The notes under the pieces were generated by a model, which saw nothing but the letters and a program-made list of their open reading frames with translations, was not told where the DNA came from and ran no database searches. The translations under genes and the position numbers were made by a program. A stretch of 61,901 bases of DNA, the filler included, from Sphacelaria rigidula (taxonomy: Eukaryota), in assembly GCA_964200075.2 (NCBI GenBank). It is 11 parts of 11 records of this genome, joined end to end, with 100 filler letters (N's around TTAATTAATTAA, not from the genome) between each part and the next. Parts side by side here need not be neighbours in the genome. Positions count along the whole stretch, not along the records: positions 22,549 to 28,085 come from CAXNAA020026530.1; positions 28,186 to 33,721 come from CAXNAA020026531.1; positions 33,822 to 39,357 come from CAXNAA020026532.1; 8 more parts are not named here. One strand, 5' to 3'. Shown here piece by piece: positions 24,420 through 37,824 of the stretch (positions are counted from its first letter, which is position 1; the number at the start of each line of letters is the position of its first letter).

Positions 24420-24563
24420 CTGATCGCTGGGGGTGAGCGGCACGAATGATATATCCGAGGGTGAAACCGCGTCGTATTTGAAGGGTCCTTTGACCGTGGA
24501 GAGATCGTGAGTACCGATCGACGCCAGCGTCCGCCGTCGGCAGATGTTTTGGTGCAGCTTGTC
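24420..24563 (-). CDS. FARSB: Phenylalanine-tRNA ligase beta subunit, internal exon (second of three seen)
   Basis: cag|[48 protein letters not shown]|gt; 144 bp; diagnostic eukaryotic PheRS-beta motif LQDKLHQN..R.R....IGTHDL. Confidence 0.95.
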
Positions 24564-24885
24564 CTGCATCCAAACCATACCACACAGGGTCGATTATCGG
24601 ACACGAAGCGTCCCCAAGCCGGGGGAGGGGTGTACGTATAGAGTGAGTTTGTTCAAAAAGACGGGACGAGAGAGCGAGAGAGGGGGCGCGCGCGAGGGGG
24701 GGGGGGCAAGAAGGATAAAATGAAAGAGAGAAAAATAAAAGGAGAAATAGAGGGATAGAAATAGAAATAGAAATAGGAATAGGGATACGCAAAGGGAGAG
24801 GGAGAGGGAGAGGGAGAGGAAAAGAGACAGAGCACAAAAGCCAAGGGGGGAAGTAGGAGGTAGGAGGTAGAGGAGGTGAAGGGGA

Positions 24886-24887
<2 letters not shown>

Positions 24888-24923
<36 letters not shown>
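24888..24923. repeat. (CA)n microsatellite in a purine-rich intronic tract; (GTT)n at ~26094-26122
   Basis: Read directly. Confidence 0.95.
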
Positions 24924-24926
<3 letters not shown>

Positions 24927-26092
24927 AGAGAGAAAGAGAAGGAAAACAAAAACACGGCCGGCGGACGAATGAGAAAGACAGAGAGAGGGTAGGGAAAGAG
25001 ACGAGGGAAGATACGAGAGCGAACAGGAGGGACGGAAGGGGGTAGGAAATATGGTGTCAGCAAATCACAATCCAAACATTTCAGGATGGATCGTTCATGT
25101 GATAGTATTTTCGAGCATCTAGGCACGTACCTGTGACAAGGATTGACTGCAGCTCGTTTGCCATCAGGCCATCACAAACCACACATGAAGGTTTCTGCTG
25201 CTTAAGAGAAGAAAAAAATGAAACCTCCCGAGCGAGAAAATAGTTGTCAGCCAGCCGCAAGGTTTGGAAAAAAAAAAAGGAGAATTAAAAAAGCACGCCC
25301 TGGACAGAAAATTACATCGGGAAAGAGTGTACTTCGTTCAGTATCGAATCTCGTGTCTATTCGGAATAAAGGGAACATTCGATACTGTACGTAGTACGCT
25401 TTTTGCCAAAGTAAAATTACATTGGGGAAAAAATGTACTTCGTTCAGCATCGAATCTCGTGTCTAATTGATCAGACGAAATGTTCGATACTGTACGTGAT
25501 GCACTTTCTGCAAGAGTAATCTGTTGCCCAGGGTGTGAAAACATCACACCCTGGAGACAAAATATGGTCAATAGATGAAGAGTGTACTGCATAAATTATA
25601 GGCCCATTGCAACCATTGCCGGCCGACAATAGTCGCAATAGGTCTCACTTTATGCAGTACGTTCCTTGTCTATTGCAACTATTGACCATATACTCGAAGT
25701 ATCGTCCAAGGTATGGAAAACACACAGACACACACAGACACAATGGCAGCTCACTTCCTCGCCCCCTAAAGAAACCAAGAAGGGCCAGAAAAAAATGACC
25801 AAATGAGTCGTATTTTTCTTGTCTAAATATATCCCATTTTTCGAGTAGTACCACGGTAGCGGGGGTACACGACAAAAAATCTCAGGTTCGAACTGAATGA
25901 TTGGAAGCCCTTCTACTTCACGCAAAACACGACCTACGGAATTTCTGAGAGCACGCCATGATAAGCATCCATCCCAACGGGCGTACGGGTGTTTCGAATG
26001 AATTTCAAAGAGACAGGAATGCCGTGACCCATGTTGTCTTTCCCTTGTCCAAGAAATGAAACTCAACCAACGATCCAACCATCCTTTCAATC

Positions 26093-26123
<31 letters not shown>

Positions 26124-27126
26124 CTTCACATTAAAAACCGCATCTCAACCGATTAATCAGTTGATTAACTAATTATACTTCCATTGATACATGTATTCCT
26201 ATTCGTCTTCCCCTCATGAAAAAGACGAAACCCAAACCCTGACTCAACCTTCACAGTATAAATATTCAATATATAAACCCGAACCCAATCGATGTTCATT
26301 ATTCTGTATTTATTGTTTCATTCCCTCCTCTCCTTCCCGTCTATTTTTTTCCAATATTTCAGGCTATTGTTACTAATACCGCGATTTCTTGTGTATGTAG
26401 CTCCCAACTTCATGAGCCCCTCGATGAGAAACATCTGGACCCAAATGATCAAACCCCTACCGTGGCATATGACTCCATGTTTTTTGTTCTCTAAATATGT
26501 GTGTTTTTTCACGTTCTAGTCTACTATGGCGTTATGTTCGACTTTTTTCTGTTCCTCCGTTTCTTGAGCGAGTGTTTCAGCTTTGCTCGTTTTGGGTACG
26601 TCTATCGTGCGACCACAGCTGGACCCATGGGCGGTCAGTTAAAGTACAACAATCAGTCAATCAAATGTGGCGAATGCCACGGTAGGGGGTGCACTGTTGA
26701 GTCCAAACAATATATTGAGGCTGCACACTAAGGCCCATATATTTGTCCTCGAGGGGCTCCTACAGTACAGAGCATTGACAAAAAAAAAAAAAGTGCATCC
26801 CTACCGTGGGCACTGCTCATGTATCCGATTTTTGTTCTTCGTCGAAGTGGTGTTTACATTACAATAGGGATGCACAAATACTTCTCAAATTCGAATGATT
26901 AGGAGTCCTCTATCTCATCCGAAACGCGACTTACGAAATTTATAAGAGCAGGTCCCGATGAGCATTCCAATAGGTTCGGCATATCCCGATTGAATATAAA
27001 AACGAGAATGTCCTCACCCATATTTTTGTGTTGCTCTCAACCTTTGAAAGCCTCCGAATGAGAAAAAATTGAGGTCAAATGTGCAACCCCTCTGTCTGCC
27101 GTAGCGTGACTAGTCGTCAGCGTCAC

Positions 27127-27293
27127 CTGCAAATCCATGAAGCTCTTGTAGTTCTTGGCGTTGAAGGACACGCCTCGCAAGACTGCACAAACCACGTACG
27201 GCCGGATTTTAGCAGCGCCAGCGCCCACGATCATCTGCTGCCGTTCTCCGGACGCGGGTTCTACCAAGTGGAAATCCGGTGACGGTTCCTTGC
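27127..27293 (-). CDS. FARSB: Phenylalanine-tRNA ligase beta subunit, internal exon (first of three seen)
   Basis: cag|(G)KEPSPDFHLVEPASGERQQMIVGAGAAKIRPYVVCAVLRGVSFNAKNYKSFMDLQ|gtgacg; joins the next exon in phase 0 to give SFMDLQ-DKLHQN. Confidence 0.95.
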
Positions 27294-27973
27294 CTGACAG
27301 TAAAACAGAAAAACGAACAAGCCATCAGACAGTACAAAAACAAAACAAACGGGTGAGTTTCCATAATGAAGAGTTTCGGAAAACGCTTTTTTTTTTTTGT
27401 CATTTCCGAGAGCAAATATCTCAAGGATCAGAGCGCAGAATAAAAAAAAACACCCCATCGAAAAAAAGTTGAGGGGATACTGTACCGCATTGGACGGACA
27501 GGGGAATAATTTTTCGTCACACTCTTACCCGGAGATATTTGCACTCTGAAGTGACAAGAAAAAAGCGTTTTCCGAAACTCTCTAATAAGAGGAACAAGTT
27601 GGTTGGTATTAAAATACGTTCGATAGAAGAAGGAAGGCCGAGTCTTCTCAAATACAACAAGAAAAAAAAAACGTATATTTTTTTCACACAAAACCGACGC
27701 TGCTTCAGGATGAAGCACCCGCACGATACACGAACTAAGAAGAACGAGAGAAAACACGATCAGCACCATCGCCAATGATTTTTTTTTCAAGGGGGGAGGA
27801 GGAGGGGAAAGGGAGAAGGGGGCTGTCAACCATGTACCCACAGCACGTAATGTCTTTCATGTGATATGCAAAAGGCGACATCACCGGACGGCGTGTTTGT
27901 CTCCTGTGTATACACATGCGCTGCTTCTATCAAAATCCACCAGTTTCTTGTAACGCACAGCACACACTAGGTA

Positions 27974-28085
27974 CCGGTCGCCCCGGTGGCTCAGTTGGTA
28001 ACCTCGTAACCTTCTGACGGTTGAGTAGTGGAGATCGATCCTCGGAGCGATCTGGGATTTTTTCTCACACTGTGCCCAACAGTGG
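27974..28085 (+). mobile_element. tRNA-derived SINE, 5' part (contig breaks inside it)
   Basis: ccggtcgccccggTGGCTCAGTTGGtaacc A-box; same family as 31852, 39304, 43159 and 52684. Confidence 0.8.
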
Positions 28086-28185
28086 NNNNNNNNNNNNNNN
28101 NNNNNNNNNNNNNNNNNNNNNNNNNNNNNTTAATTAATTAANNNNNNNNNNNNNNNNNNNNNNNNNNNNNNNNNNNNNNNNNNNN

Positions 28186-28260
28186 ACACAAGAACCTCTT
28201 ACATATCTTATCCCCGTCCTGCTTCGCCGTCTCTGGCCACCATCTATCTCCTCGTATAGG
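28186..28260 (-). mobile_element. LINE 3' fragment
   Basis: GDRWWPETAKQDGDKICKRFLC matches the same LINE region at ~34010-34090 and ~40160-40235. Confidence 0.8.
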
Positions 28261-28389
28261 GAGGCGCCGGCGGCAGGAGAGGAAATGGGAGCGGATGAGG
28301 GCGCGAGCTCTGCCCACCGGCAAGGCCGACATCGACAGGAGAAGTGGGTAGCGACGTGAACACGATATTTGCGGACGCCTCTAGGTCTG

Positions 28390-29118
28390 TAGGACTTATC
28401 GGGGCACCTTCACCACCGGTAGACCCGCGCGAGATCAGGAGGAATTTCGGGTAGGCAAAGGGCTCTCCACAGACAGCCGACCTCGTCACTATCGTGTCCA
28501 GAGGGGACTCAGTCGGCACGACAGTCACTGCACTCCCCACGCAAGAGAACCTCGACAGCGCACTACAGGACAACCACAGTAGTGCACACGATCAATTACC
28601 AAACATCTGGGGAACACTGCGAGAGGACGTTCGCAGGGGAAAGTGCTTGATAGACGAAAAGACGGCCGCCCGAAAAAACCCGAACCAACGGGTGTCGCTT
28701 CTAGGAGCAGTAAGTCACACACAAAGTCTGCATAATCAACGATTTTCTTTCGACGCGCAACGCACTCGGAAAAGAAAAGAAGGGCTGAACGGCGACACAA
28801 ACCCTCAAGACGTGCCGGCCTGCTTGTGCGGAGAAGCGCTGCAGAAGTGTTCCTGAACGATCTCAGTTTGCTACGACAAGAATACACGCAAAAACGCATA
28901 TTAATGGCAGAGGCAGATGTATCGAGCTCATTCCGTAGTACGAGGATATATCCAGACCATACCCCTCAATTCGTCTACGTTGTCGATAACCTAGTACTTT
29001 GCGACTCCTGGCTGAATTTCGGCTGGTCGGGCTCGCCAGGTCTCTGGAGAGTGGTGGCATCGGCAGCGGAGCACGTACACTGCAACCCGAATATTGGCAA
29101 CGCAGTTTTACAGCCTGA
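28390..29118 (+). pseudogene. Second, more decayed copy of the Ngaro/DIRS RT region
   Basis: Colinear nucleotide similarity to ~6385-7115 (SFDAQRTRKRK.GLNGDTN, ADVS, FGWSGSPG.W); cut off by a LINE tail at ~29119-29186. Confidence 0.9.
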
Positions 29119-30862
29119 GGGGGGCGTACTCATTTGTTGCTTGCCTTAGTCATGTGACCATTGACCACGCATCCCTTTCGAGACGGTGTAAGGCCCCTTG
29201 TTGCGAGCACTGCAGCCTCCCAGTTGGTCATGATGCGGAAGTGAGTGCGCTACCATGTCCACATCTGTATTCACTCACGGTGCACAGAATCTCGGCCGCG
29301 AGATGGCCGTTTGGAGGGCATACAGACGCTATTGCCCAAAATCGGAATTCGCTTTGTTTAATTTGCTCGGGGGATGAAAGGGGCTGCGCTTCGGTACATA
29401 CACTGGCTGTGGTGTGCCCGACTGGGGCACCAAGTTTCACGTTAGTGCCTGCAGCCGCGGTCGAGAACTTCACAATCAAAAATGAAATGCAAAAGTCGAA
29501 AATGGCACCGGTCAACCGTCGAAATATACAACAGCTGCAGTTACGACGCATGATCCTCATAATCCTCGTAAACCGCTGCGCCCCTGCGGCAGCACAGGAG
29601 AAATGAGGACAAGTGCACAACCGTCCTTCCCAGCACTGTGGGTTTGGCGTCGCCACATCGCCTCGCCAAACGATATGCCATCATGTTGGCATCAACAGGG
29701 CATCTGGTGTTGTGTTCCCAGTATACGCCGTACTGGACTGCAGGCGACAGAATACTGTACACGATTACACTGCAGCGCACGGTACAGACAGTAGCTTTGA
29801 ACAGAATTATAGTCACACATGAGAAAAAGGGGTGCAAGCACATGACACATTTTCATACCGTAATTGTGAAGTTTTCAGTTTTGAAGGCGGCGCAATTGGC
29901 TGTACGAGGCATGCATGCACTAAAGTGTGTCGTGTTACTTGCTCGTTGAAGCAAATTACCTAATTATTTTTCACGTAGACTGAATACATAATGTACTAGC
30001 CGGCACACGTCCTTTTGGCCTGGTGCCCTGAGCGTGGTCGCCATTTACCCGTGTTGTATTGTGCACGAGACGCACCAATGAAGAGCGGCACTATTCGGAC
30101 CACCCCACGCGGGATATCATCACTTTTTCAGCCAGAAATCTACACCGACCATCCCGCCTTCAGCAAAGCTTGCCACCGATGCCACGCGCTGGGGCGGTAC
30201 TCTCTTGTGTCGGGCCCGCCGCTCATGTGAACTGTGTCAACTTCACGGCTGATATCAGCCGAATGCTTGTCAAATGATTCTTCTTCGCAATCATTCCGGT
30301 ATTATTTATTTATTTTTCGCGCAGGACTGTTTCTCGCCGTACTTTTTTTCATCATGCCCTTGCGACTATCCACACCAAATTTCGAAACTCTCGAAACCGA
30401 GCTCCTCAACCGCCTGCAACGCTCAAATTTATTAATTCTTAGGCTGGCCAAGCTCGTATGGTGTGCAAGCGGCGCACACTGGCACCCGTTATTCCTGTGA
30501 TATACCTGTGCAAAAAATATGCATCGTGTCCTCCTACACATGCTTACGGTGTAGTCCTGGTACTTTCGTAGCAGGGCTGGTTCGCCTCGAACGTGTTGTG
30601 GTCCTGTACGCGTACCACATCTTCTTACCTGCGGCCCCTCCTTTTGCTGTCTGCACTGCTACTGCTACTCGGCGTAGATGTATGCAAACGTTTTTCACCA
30701 TCGATGGTTGAATACCACGGTTTTTAAACAGTCAGCGCGCCGTCGCTCTCCACTGAATACGGTCTACTTTCGGGGCAGGGCTGGCACACCGTTTGAGCGT
30801 ATTTCCACATTCCACCCAGGTCGTATCGTCTCGACTGTACTTCCTTTTTTTACTGTCTCTCC

Positions 30863-30895
<33 letters not shown>

Positions 30896-31851
30896 ACTCT
30901 ACCGTACATGCGAATGTTTTCACCATCAGTTGCTGAACACAGTGGTATAAAGCAGTCAGCGTGTGTCATCGTTCTCCACCCAAACACAGTCTGCATTGCT
31001 GGTGCCTCCATTTAGTGTTTCACAACAAAACACCAGACAGTGTGAAGCTGCGCTGGCAACACAAGAGGGGCCAGGTGGTCGGCAAAAAGTACGAGCAGAG
31101 TAAAAAAGCACGCCCTTTGCCCACGTTTTCTACGGTTGAGTGATCGTTACCCAATTGGCCAAGTAAGGTTTCGCCGCGACGTGGGCCATCTGTAGTTCAT
31201 CTTACGTGGAACAAATATGCCATTTTGACCACTCACCACCCGCAAAACGTTAACTCCCCTTCTCTTGAGCCTCGCGCTTGGCTTCGAGTACTCCGCGGGG
31301 AACCTCCAAACAAACATAGTTGACTTCGTGAGCTTTGCGGTTGTTCCGCAAACAGACCTCCCGTCCCCCCCCGTCAAAAATCACCCTCCCGCCTCCTGGA
31401 AACCCCTGGATGTCCCTAGACTCTCAGCCGGTGAAATGATTCCCAGGCGAAACTCTCAGTCAAAGGATTGAGGTAGGGTCGGCCTTGTCGGGGGGCCACA
31501 GGTTGTAGCTGTCGCATGATCATGAGCTTCTCTTTGGCGAGGGAGGAGCCCATTGCAGTTGCCAACGAGCTAATCGTGTTCTAAGACACTGTTGTTATAT
31601 CGAAGTGTTCACACACCAGGTCATCTACGTGGTTCCGTAGGTGAGGTGCAAAACGTCGTCTGACGATGGGTCTTAACCGGAGACTGATGTGTCCTCAGCC
31701 GGTCATGCCCTGCTCGCCGCAGGACATGACGTCGTGTCTTATGAACGCCTGTACAGTACCCCACCCTTTTTGCTTCTATGCTTGGCACTTCACCGTGTCA
31801 GGTTTTGTGTTGGGTTTCCATTTACTTTTTTTCGTCGACGTACATGGAAGC

Positions 31852-32070
31852 TGGTCGCCCCGATGGCTCAGTTGGTAACCGTTGAAAAGTACTGACGGTT
31901 GGGTGGGGGGTTCGAATCTCGGAGCGATCTAGGATTTTCTCTCACACAATGCCCAACAGTGGAGAGCGTCATGTCGTGGGTACACAAAATCCGATCTATT
32001 GGTCGGCGAGGGAAAGGTACTGCTGGACCCCTCTCGCGATATGAAAAATAAGGGCAACGGCCTAGAAAAG
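31852..32070 (+). mobile_element. tRNA-derived SINE copy
   Basis: A-box TGGCTCAGTTGG, B-box GGTTCGAATCTC, shared body cccaacagtggagagcg...ctgctggacccctctcgcgata. Confidence 0.82.
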
Positions 32071-33860
32071 GTATACCTTCTCGTACTTTGCCCAAGAAAG
32101 GTACGAAAAATGACCAGGAACACGAAAGCAGCAAAACATACAATCTACACCGATTTCACTCCGATTTTTTCACGCACAGCAATCGGAGGGCTCCTCGGCA
32201 CCCGGGCCTCGAAACAAATCCAGAAAAGAAACATGTTACTCGCGAGATATGGCCATGCGCAGAACGACGTCTTGCCTTCAAAAGCCACTCACCCTTTCTC
32301 GGCCACATTTCGGCCAAGTATACCTGACCTAGGAATTCTTCTTCAATCGGACCCTATCTGGGCCAGCAGTCGGCCCAGAAAGTACCTGTCCTGGGCCATC
32401 GCTTCCCATACTGTATCTGATGCGGCACACTGCGCGCAAGGGAATCTACGCGCCCACTCCAACCATGGCGTCTACACATCCGGCTCTTCTTCCGCCCATT
32501 TTCCGTTCACGAATGCCACAACGACCACATGTTGTTAACCCTAACGCCACAATTATTAAAGCTGTTGGGACCGGGCTCCGCACAACGGTTTGTTTGTGGC
32601 ACTTCCATTAGTTTTGTTCTCAAGTCAAGATGATGCCTTTTTACCCAAAAGAGGTGTGAAATGGCATCATTTTGACTTGAAAACGACACAACAAATGGAA
32701 ACCTGCCATCAACATACGATTGTGGAAGACACCTCTTTTGCAGTGATACATCAGAGACTGATGCCACACATGTAATGAAAAACCAGAGCATGCAGGTACA
32801 AGGTAGGAACGGCCCGAAAGGACCAGATTACCGAGGACCCTGTAATGCCAACGATACTATAAAACTTGGGGTGATGCCGGGAAGAGCCTGATATCAGGAC
32901 GGACCAACATCGCCCGAGGGACTGGTCGCCCCCTGGCGACCACTTCTCGTCTGACCCAACTTCTTGCCTAAATTACATATCGCAAGAGGAAAATCATCGC
33001 CAGCCTCAGAGTTCCTTCGGCATCTGGACGACATCTCCCATAACAGCCTCCTCCTTAGTCTGTCTACCCTAGCGATGCGCCTTCCCCACATATATATATA
33101 TATACATTAATATAACCACAATGATCGCCTATCGTCCGCCACACCACCTCATTCTGCTTCAAAGCATCGAACAGACTCTACCGTCAACCTTCTGGATTGA
33201 TCGTAAATCATTATCGCAACCGGCCGTGCTTCCTGGATGACGTCGCTTCTCATCAAGCACACGAGAAACGGGGCTGCTTATTTTCCCTTCTCGCAATCTT
33301 CCTGCACGCAGCTTCCGATTTGTCGAGATGGCTACTGTATACACTGTTAGGAAGGATAATTGGCGAGAAGATCTACGTATTGAAAGTGCGCAGACAGTTG
33401 ATCGTTTTGCCCTGTCCTAATCTCGTCTCTGATGAAAAAAAACTCCGTGTACCGTACGGTACGGTACACTTGCTCTGTTGAAATGAGCACTCGGTGGCTC
33501 CCACCGCAAAATTCGAGATATAATAATAACATCACGGAGGAATCTGAACACGGATTGAAGATAAAGAAGAAGCAAATATGAGGGTGAGAGGGTAGCACGC
33601 ATGTAAAGTCCTCACGTATGCTTTGCCACAGCAGGGTTGTATTGCTGCAGTGGACAACAATTGAGTAACCCCCCCCCCCCCCCACCCCCCCCCCCCCCAC
33701 CCCCACACCCCTCTGAACCTCNNNNNNNNNNNNNNNNNNNNNNNNNNNNNNNNNNNNNNNNNNNNTTAATTAATTAANNNNNNNNNNNNNNNNNNNNNNN
33801 NNNNNNNNNNNNNNNNNNNNNGGGATTCACTCCCGCGATTGGGAAAGTGATATAGGAGAG

Positions 33861-35945
33861 CCATGCTACGATAGGGGGGGGGGAGGTCTCACTTGTTGCT
33901 TACCTTAGTCGATTGACCATCGACCACGCACCCCTTTCGAGACGGAGTACTATTGTTACTCCTGATGGAGACTCCCCCAACATTCAGGTACTCATTACAT
34001 TCCTTCCATATATTGCACAAAAACCTTGTACATATCTTATCTCCGTCCTCTTTCGCCGTCCGTGGCCACCATCCATCTCCTAGTTTAGCCATCGTTTTCT
34101 CCCTACCGTCTAATGCATCAAACGATTTCATGCCACCTTCGTTCACGTCCCGCATGTCCCCCTCTAGCACGTCCCATTCCTCCTTGTATAGTTCACAGTC
34201 TGCCGCTATATGAGTTCGGTCCAGTATTACTTTACCACAGGGGCAGTATTATGCATCTACTTCTTCCTCCTCTCCACGACTGGTATGTGGCTTTCTTCTT
34301 TCTGGAAGGTTCAGGGTCCCCACCCGAAATCACAGTTTCATTTTTTGCGCCGCGTCCATTGGGCCGTGCAGATACGTTTTCATCCGGATCGTCTCTCTGA
34401 ACCCCCCGTATATCTCCAGGTGTTTTTCCTCGTCTACCTTGCGTCTGAACGCTCCTTTTCCCCTCGTTTCGATCATGTCTCCTACCTTTGCCTTATACCC
34501 CGCGTCTTCACCTATGAACAGTGTTTCGTCTTGGTTTCCTCATATCTCCTCCCATGCTATCTTGACTTCTCCACCCCACCTTATTCCAGCCTTCCCTTTC
34601 GTACTTTTCTTCAATACAGCCCTATTAAGTATAGCTGGCTACCTCGTTCTCTGCGTGTTCATTGAGCTACATTACCACCTCAATTTCCCCATATCTCTAT
34701 CTGTTTTAAGAGAGCACATTCGCAACTCTGCTCCCAATGCTGTATTACTCGTCGTTTTGGAGCATCCAAGTACTTTTTTAGCTGCTACGATCTGTACTGT
34801 TTCCAACTTTTCCACCAACTTCACGTTCCCCTCCCATACTTCGCCTGCGTATTCCAGCTTGGTACGATCACGTTCATCAGGATGCATCTCTTAATTCTAG
34901 TGTCTAGATGCGAGTCTCTGAGGATCACGTTCATCTTGCCTATCAGTGCCTTGCTCTCTTCTATTACTTTGTGTATGTGTGCATCCCAAGAGCAGTGTTT
35001 TGATATCTCTACGCCAAGGTATGTAATTCTGGTCTACAATCTGCCGTTCATCTTCTCCCCACTTCCACTTGAAATCGACCAGATTTTCCTTATCTTCGTT
35101 ACATACGAGTACCTCGCATTTGTTAACATTCGCCGTCACTCTCCACTCCCTAGTGTATTCTAGCGCCTTGTCTATCTGTTTTTGCGATCCTTCTGCTGTT
35201 CCTGAAATCCCCACAAAATCATCTGCGAACATCGAACCTGACATCACATCTTCACCCACCTTGCCTTCTTGATTTGCTGCTTCTGTCGCTAATATCAGGT
35301 CATTGATGAACACCTTGAATAGCGTGGGTGATAATGTATATCCTTGTGCAACTCCTTGTAAGATATCAAACGTTTTCAATATCCCTCCGTCTAGCATAAT
35401 GGCACTTGTGGCACGTTCTGTCATCTTCACCATTTTCCACATCTTTCCTCTCATCCCAGTTTCCCACAACGCTTTCCACAGCCTATTTCTCCATACTGTG
35501 TCATAAGCCTTTTGCACGTCCAGAAAAAAACAGTACGTTGTCACCCCAGCGTCTTTTCTACCTTGAATAATCTTACCTAGTGTGTACACATGGTCTACGC
35601 AACTACGGTTTGGTCTGAAACCTGCTTGTCTCTCGCTAATTGTTTCGTCCTTTTCTAGCATCGTTCCTACTCCATCATTCAGAATCTTACAGAATGTTTT
35701 CCCTACGGTGCTCAGTAGCGTTATCCCTCTCCAGGATTCGAGGGTCAGCCTCGTCTCCTTTATGAAAATATTGACTACTACTCCTTCTCTACACCTCCTT
35801 GATATGTACTCGTTTCCCCATATTCAATTGTACAGCTTAATCGTCAGGGTTATCATTCCTCCCCCCGTACTTTAGAAATTCATTCACTATTCCGTCTACC
35901 CCTACTGATGTTTTGTTCTTGAGTTGAGCTACGCATTCCTTTACT
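33861..35945 (-). mobile_element. Non-LTR retrotransposon (LINE), 5'-truncated and degenerate: RT plus C-terminal CCHC region and 3' end
   Basis: GITLLSTVGKTFC; ERQAGFRPNRSCVDH; FLDVQKAYDTVWR; QGVAQG.TLSPTLF; FADD; KLEYAGEVW. Confidence 0.93.
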
Positions 35946-37824
35946 TCTTTTTATTTTGATTTGATTGTCGCACTTTAACTGACCCCCCGGGGTCCAGCCG
36001 TGGTCTCATGATAAACGTAGCCAAGAAAAACGAAACTCAAACACGCTCATAGGGGAAAAAAAGAAAAAAAGAAAAAAATAGGAACAGAGAAAGAAAAGAA
36101 AAGAGAATGGTCGAACAGAACGACATACCAGACTAAGTCGTCACAAAACAAGCAATAAAAAGTCAACACAAGCAAAGCACAGAAAGAAATGGCCGACCTA
36201 AAGCAAGAAAAAAGGAAACAAGAGGAGAGTACAAAGCAAATAAAAAAATAAAAAAACATGCGTGAATATATATTTTCTTCATCAAACTGTTGTCGGAAAG
36301 GGCAATTATCGAGCAACACTTGAATTAACCCCCCGTCCCTCCCGCGCGAGCCCGGTCCGGCGAAAATCCGGCGTGCTCCGTCCCGACTTTGTAGGGATGG
36401 AAGGCCAATGGTCTTTTGACTACGGCATGCAAAATCACGAGTGAGTACTCCCCTCGCGTGAGACGATTCCGACGTGGAACGCGGCTCTCCCCTTCTACAC
36501 TTACTGCATGCATGAAGTGCGTCAAACGACAGTATGCCAACTACATCAGTTTAATGCCTGCAGTATACGTCAAAGTATGTGACCGATTAGATCCGCTGTA
36601 ATAACACACTTCGTTCACACACACACATCTTGATATTTTTTTACAAAACTCGGATTTCTTCACACGCGTCGGTGCTCACGGCGCCGAGAGCTGTATATTT
36701 GGAAAGATCCCGTGAAGATCTGCCTACTATAGACTTGCTCCTTCGACGGCGACGGCTGTCATGCGCCTCGAGAATATCGACTTTATAATACCATATATCC
36801 GAGGACTCTTCTCACAATAGTTCGTATGCTCAGGATGTGAATCCTGAAACACGGGCGAAGCTCCGTGCCCTCGCCTTCAACTGCCTTATAACCACCCGAC
36901 AACGAGCGATGGTGCATGTGATACGTGTCTCATGCGTGACGACTACAGCACCTCTTTCATTGATAGCAAGTCATACCCTTTCATTTCCAGAAACAGTACA
37001 CGGATCTAAGGGTGAATGATAACCACCACACATTTAGAAAAGGGCATTCCGCATACATTCCCTTGGGGCCGATGTACTTCCCCAATGCTCTGTTCACAGT
37101 TGGAAAACTTCGTGTCCAGGCATACCCTTTTTCACACTTTTCAGCACCTCTTGAGAAATACTACATAACGTCAAAACGTATTTTCAATAAATACTCTGGA
37201 ACAATTACTACGTTATATTGTTCCAAAGTATACACCCAGCTTACCGTCTATTTCTCGCTGAGCAATATGACACGAACACGTTAACCCTCGCCCGGGCCCT
37301 CCGTGGCCGGTTAAACATACCCGGGAGATTCAGTTTGCTGGATATTGTGTCTACAATGCGTCGAGCAAACAGAAAGAGCCGCCGCTTCGAACACATCCAG
37401 ACAGTCCTCCCACAGGAATTTCGCAAGTGCAAGACAAGCTTTGCACTGGCGCGGTACTATCGCCATTCCCACGATGATGATTCGCTACAGGAAACATGGA
37501 TCGAATTGCGAAATAATATCCCGGAAAAATTGGCAACACCGGGAACGAGCGACGCGGTGAAACAACAGCACTCGTACGATACCAAATTTTTCGACAATGA
37601 ACTACGAACACGTACCCATGATGTATGTAACCACGCACTACGATGTAAAGGCCTCGCCAAAAACAAGGCTGCGCAGAAAACCATCCAATGCGACCAGCTC
37701 CCTACCCCATATATCCTTTATCCCATCCCTACAACCAGCGCATTGAAGAAGGAGGACAACAGAAGAAAAAATAAGGTCAAAACGATGTATCGCACACAAA
37801 TTGATGGCACCCGTGTCCAGCAGT

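Noticed and set aside
24331..25126. Long ORFs rich in CV, LS and PL repeats
   Set aside because: These are translations of intronic microsatellites and purine tracts inside the FARSB intron.
27974..28050. Functional tRNA gene
   Set aside because: No convincing cloverleaf, and wherever the contig continues it is followed by the same SINE body.
29190..31640. Protein-like stretches in several frames
   Set aside because: Frequent stops, no recognisable motif and no consistent splice pattern.
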